Shown one piece after another: positions 62,161-64,000 of a stretch of 64,000 nt of DNA. The translations under genes were made by a program, and so were the position numbers. The notes below the pieces were generated by a model. That model worked only from the letters and a program-made list of their open reading frames with translations, made no database searches and was not told the DNA's origin. Each line of letters begins with the position of its first letter. Position 1 is the stretch's first letter. The stretch is from an uncultured delta proteobacterium (GTDB taxonomy: Bacteria > Myxococcota > Myxococcia > Myxococcales > Myxococcaceae), in contig CAVQKE010000004.1 in NCBI GenBank assembly GCA_963713045.1, forward strand, positions 992,001-1,056,000. Direction: 5' to 3'.

Positions 62161-63651
62161 GTGCTCCCCCATGTCCAAGCGCTGCTGCGCCACGCTGCCG
62201 CCGTCGCTCCACGGCTCTTCGCCTTGACGGCCGAAGGCGGCCTGGCCGTGACCCACCCGGACGGCAGCACCCTGCCCATCCCGGTCGGCGCGACCCCCGT
62301 CGTCCTCGAAGCCAACGCCATCCAGGCGCGGCGGGACATTGCGGCACAGCTGGCCTCGGCCGGCTTCAAAATGGCGCAGGCCATTGTCCAAAGCCCCCAG
62401 CGCGCTTGGCTGCTCGACGCCCTTGGGCCCGTCGAGCGCCGTCTGGTGGAGAAGGCGTCGCCTGGCCTCTTCGGACTGGCCATCGCCCGCGTGGACTTCT
62501 TCTCTGGCCGCCGGCTCTCCGCGCTGGAACTCAACGCCACCATTCCTGCCATGCCCGGCTACTCGGACATCGCAGCTGCCGGTTACATCGACGCTGCCGG
62601 GGAGTTGGCCGGGCTTGCCTCCGAGGAGTGCCAGCGGCTGAAAACCCGCAACGGAAGCAATGGCGCCGCGCTTTACCAGGCGCTCCTCCAAGGCTTCGCG
62701 CTGGCGCGCAACGGAAGCCGGCCGAAACGCCTGGCCATTTTGTGTCGGCGGGCCGATGCCCAACTGACGGAACTGGTGTACCTGGCCGAGCACTTTGCGG
62801 CGCTGGGGACGGAGACCGACCTCATCTACCCGGACGAGCTGTCCAGCACGGACGCGGTGGAGGCGCGCGGCCAGCGCTTTGACTGCGTCTACCGCCACCT
62901 CTTCCTGCGCCGGCTGGAGGCCGCCTCTTCCCCTTGGCTGGAGGCCTTCTTCGGCGCCCCGGAGCGCTTTGGGGCCGTCCTTCTCAACGGGCCCGCGGCC
63001 CACGTTGAGACCAAGGCCAACTTTGCCCTTCTCTCCCGCGCCCTGGTGGAGCCGGCCCTGGCCGAGCGAGCCGCCCTCAGTGCGGAGGAATTCGCCGCCG
63101 TCCAGCAGTACGTGCCCTGGACGCGGCAGCTGCTGCCAGGGCCGGGCGTCGACCCGGACGGCGCGGCTGTCCCGGACTTGGTGGCCCGCGTCGCCGCCGA
63201 GCCGGCGCGCTTCGTCCTGAAGCGGGCCTGGGACTATGGCGGCAAAACCGTCTTCGTCGGAAGCCATGCGCACGAGGCGGGCTTCGCCATGCGGGCGCAA
63301 ACCACCTTCGGTCAGCCCTTGGCCTGGCCAGCCCTGGTCACCGCCGCTTCCCAGGACAGCCGCGGCGGCGGCTTCGTGGTGCAGCAGCGGGTGGATGTCC
63401 CGCTGGAGAAACATTGGATTGCCAGCGGCGCGGGCGTGGTGGAGATGGACCTTTTCGTCGACTACTCGGCCTTCTGCTCGGTCGGCTTGGACCCGCAGCC
63501 CCCTTGGGGGGGCGTGGTGCGCGCCTCGGCCTCGCCCATCGTCAACATTCTCGGCGGAGGCGGCGTGCTGCCGGTGTTGAGGGCCGAGGTGGCCGCGGCG
63601 CTGGACCGCGCTCTCGCCGCGCGGCCGGTCGGCAGAGAAGGCTCTCCTTGA
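62161..63651 (+). CDS. Circularly permuted ATP-grasp ligase (glutathionylspermidine synthase-like fold)
   Basis: RVD, ELN, ETKANF, FVLKRAWDYGGKTVFVG, VVQQ in circularly permuted order. Confidence 0.75.
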   Translation: MLPHVQALLRHAAAVAPRLFALTAEGGLAVTHPDGSTLPIPVGATPVVLEANAIQARRDIAAQLASAGFKMAQAIVQSPQRAWLLDALGPVERRLVEKASPGLFGLAIARVDFFSGRRLSALELNATIPAMPGYSDIAAAGYIDAAGELAGLASEECQRLKTRNGSNGAALYQALLQGFALARNGSRPKRLAILCRRADAQLTELVYLAEHFAALGTETDLIYPDELSSTDAVEARGQRFDCVYRHLFLRRLEAASSPWLEAFFGAPERFGAVLLNGPAAHVETKANFALLSRALVEPALAERAALSAEEFAAVQQYVPWTRQLLPGPGVDPDGAAVPDLVARVAAEPARFVLKRAWDYGGKTVFVGSHAHEAGFAMRAQTTFGQPLAWPALVTAASQDSRGGGFVVQQRVDVPLEKHWIASGAGVVEMDLFVDYSAFCSVGLDPQPPWGGVVRASASPIVNILGGGGVLPVLRAEVAAALDRALAARPVGREGSP

Positions 63652-63696
63652 AGCAAGGGCGCGGGCTGCTCGGGGCGGCCGGCTTCGGACGGACGT

Positions 63697-64000
63697 CTAC
63701 TGAATGGTCAGGTTGTACGTCAGCGTCACATTGACGCCGTGGGCGTCCTGTGCGTTGTAGACGACCGTGTGTTGGCCCGGCGCCAAGGCCTTCAGCATGA
63801 TGGCGAAGGCGTCGGAAACAGCCGGCTGAGGCGAGCCGGTAATGCAGCCGTCGAGCGTGCTCTGAAGGCTGAGACTGCCGGTAAGGTCAAACAGGTCATC
63901 GCTGGTTTCTCGGTAGTCGAAGATGTGCAACAGCTTCGCCCCATCCAGGGACAGGCTTTGCGCGGTCAGCGAGTCGGGTCCCCCCTGCGCGCCTGCCAGT
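63697..64000 (-). CDS. Hypothetical protein, C-terminal part (5' end outside the window)
   Basis: Frame open to the edge; ends ...AVSDAFAIMLKALAPGQHT...TYNLTIQ with a beta-rich pattern. Confidence 0.6.
   Translation of the reverse strand, partial: LAGAQGGPDSLTAQSLSLDGAKLLHIFDYRETSDDLFDLTGSLSLQSTLDGCITGSPQPAVSDAFAIMLKALAPGQHTVVYNAQDAHGVNVTLTYNLTIQ

Overview
High-GC core-chromosome segment of a myxobacterium (Myxococcales, Cystobacterineae-like), with about 54 protein genes and one 6S RNA. The taxon call rests on recognisable aglZ, aglU-like and sigD genes. Left part, minus strand: partial Hsp70 paralog, J/TPR co-chaperone, argD, hslUV, xerC, aglU-like lipoprotein, trmFO, an intact TolQ/TolR/TolR motor triplet, topA, LysM protein, cpoB, pgeF. 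Middle: heme-c-motif diguanylate cyclase, deleted GNAT, degP, GH57/DUF4912, aglZ, TauE, MoxR, frameshifted glnE, REC-J-TPR protein, ilvE, GT-C-like membrane protein, degenerate Fic, DHH phosphoesterase, cysteine desulfurase, kinase/TPR pair, ssrS-ygfA-tyrS, rlmE. Right part: lipid-catabolism genes interrupted by mgtA, tatA, sigD, a ThDP enzyme-isochorismatase-queD-folE-SDR-glcD run, and an orphan circularly permuted ATP-grasp gene. I saw no CRISPR array, tRNA/rRNA, IS element or prophage. The best leads are a shared putative operator upstream of two lipid genes, a divergent pterin (FolE/PTPS/SDR) operon preceded by a highly structured spacer with a perfect 32-bp palindrome, the complete Agl-type motor paralog, and several apparent pseudo-enzymes. 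All calls come from motif recognition by eye; no searches were run, and comparisons with M. xanthus are from memory.
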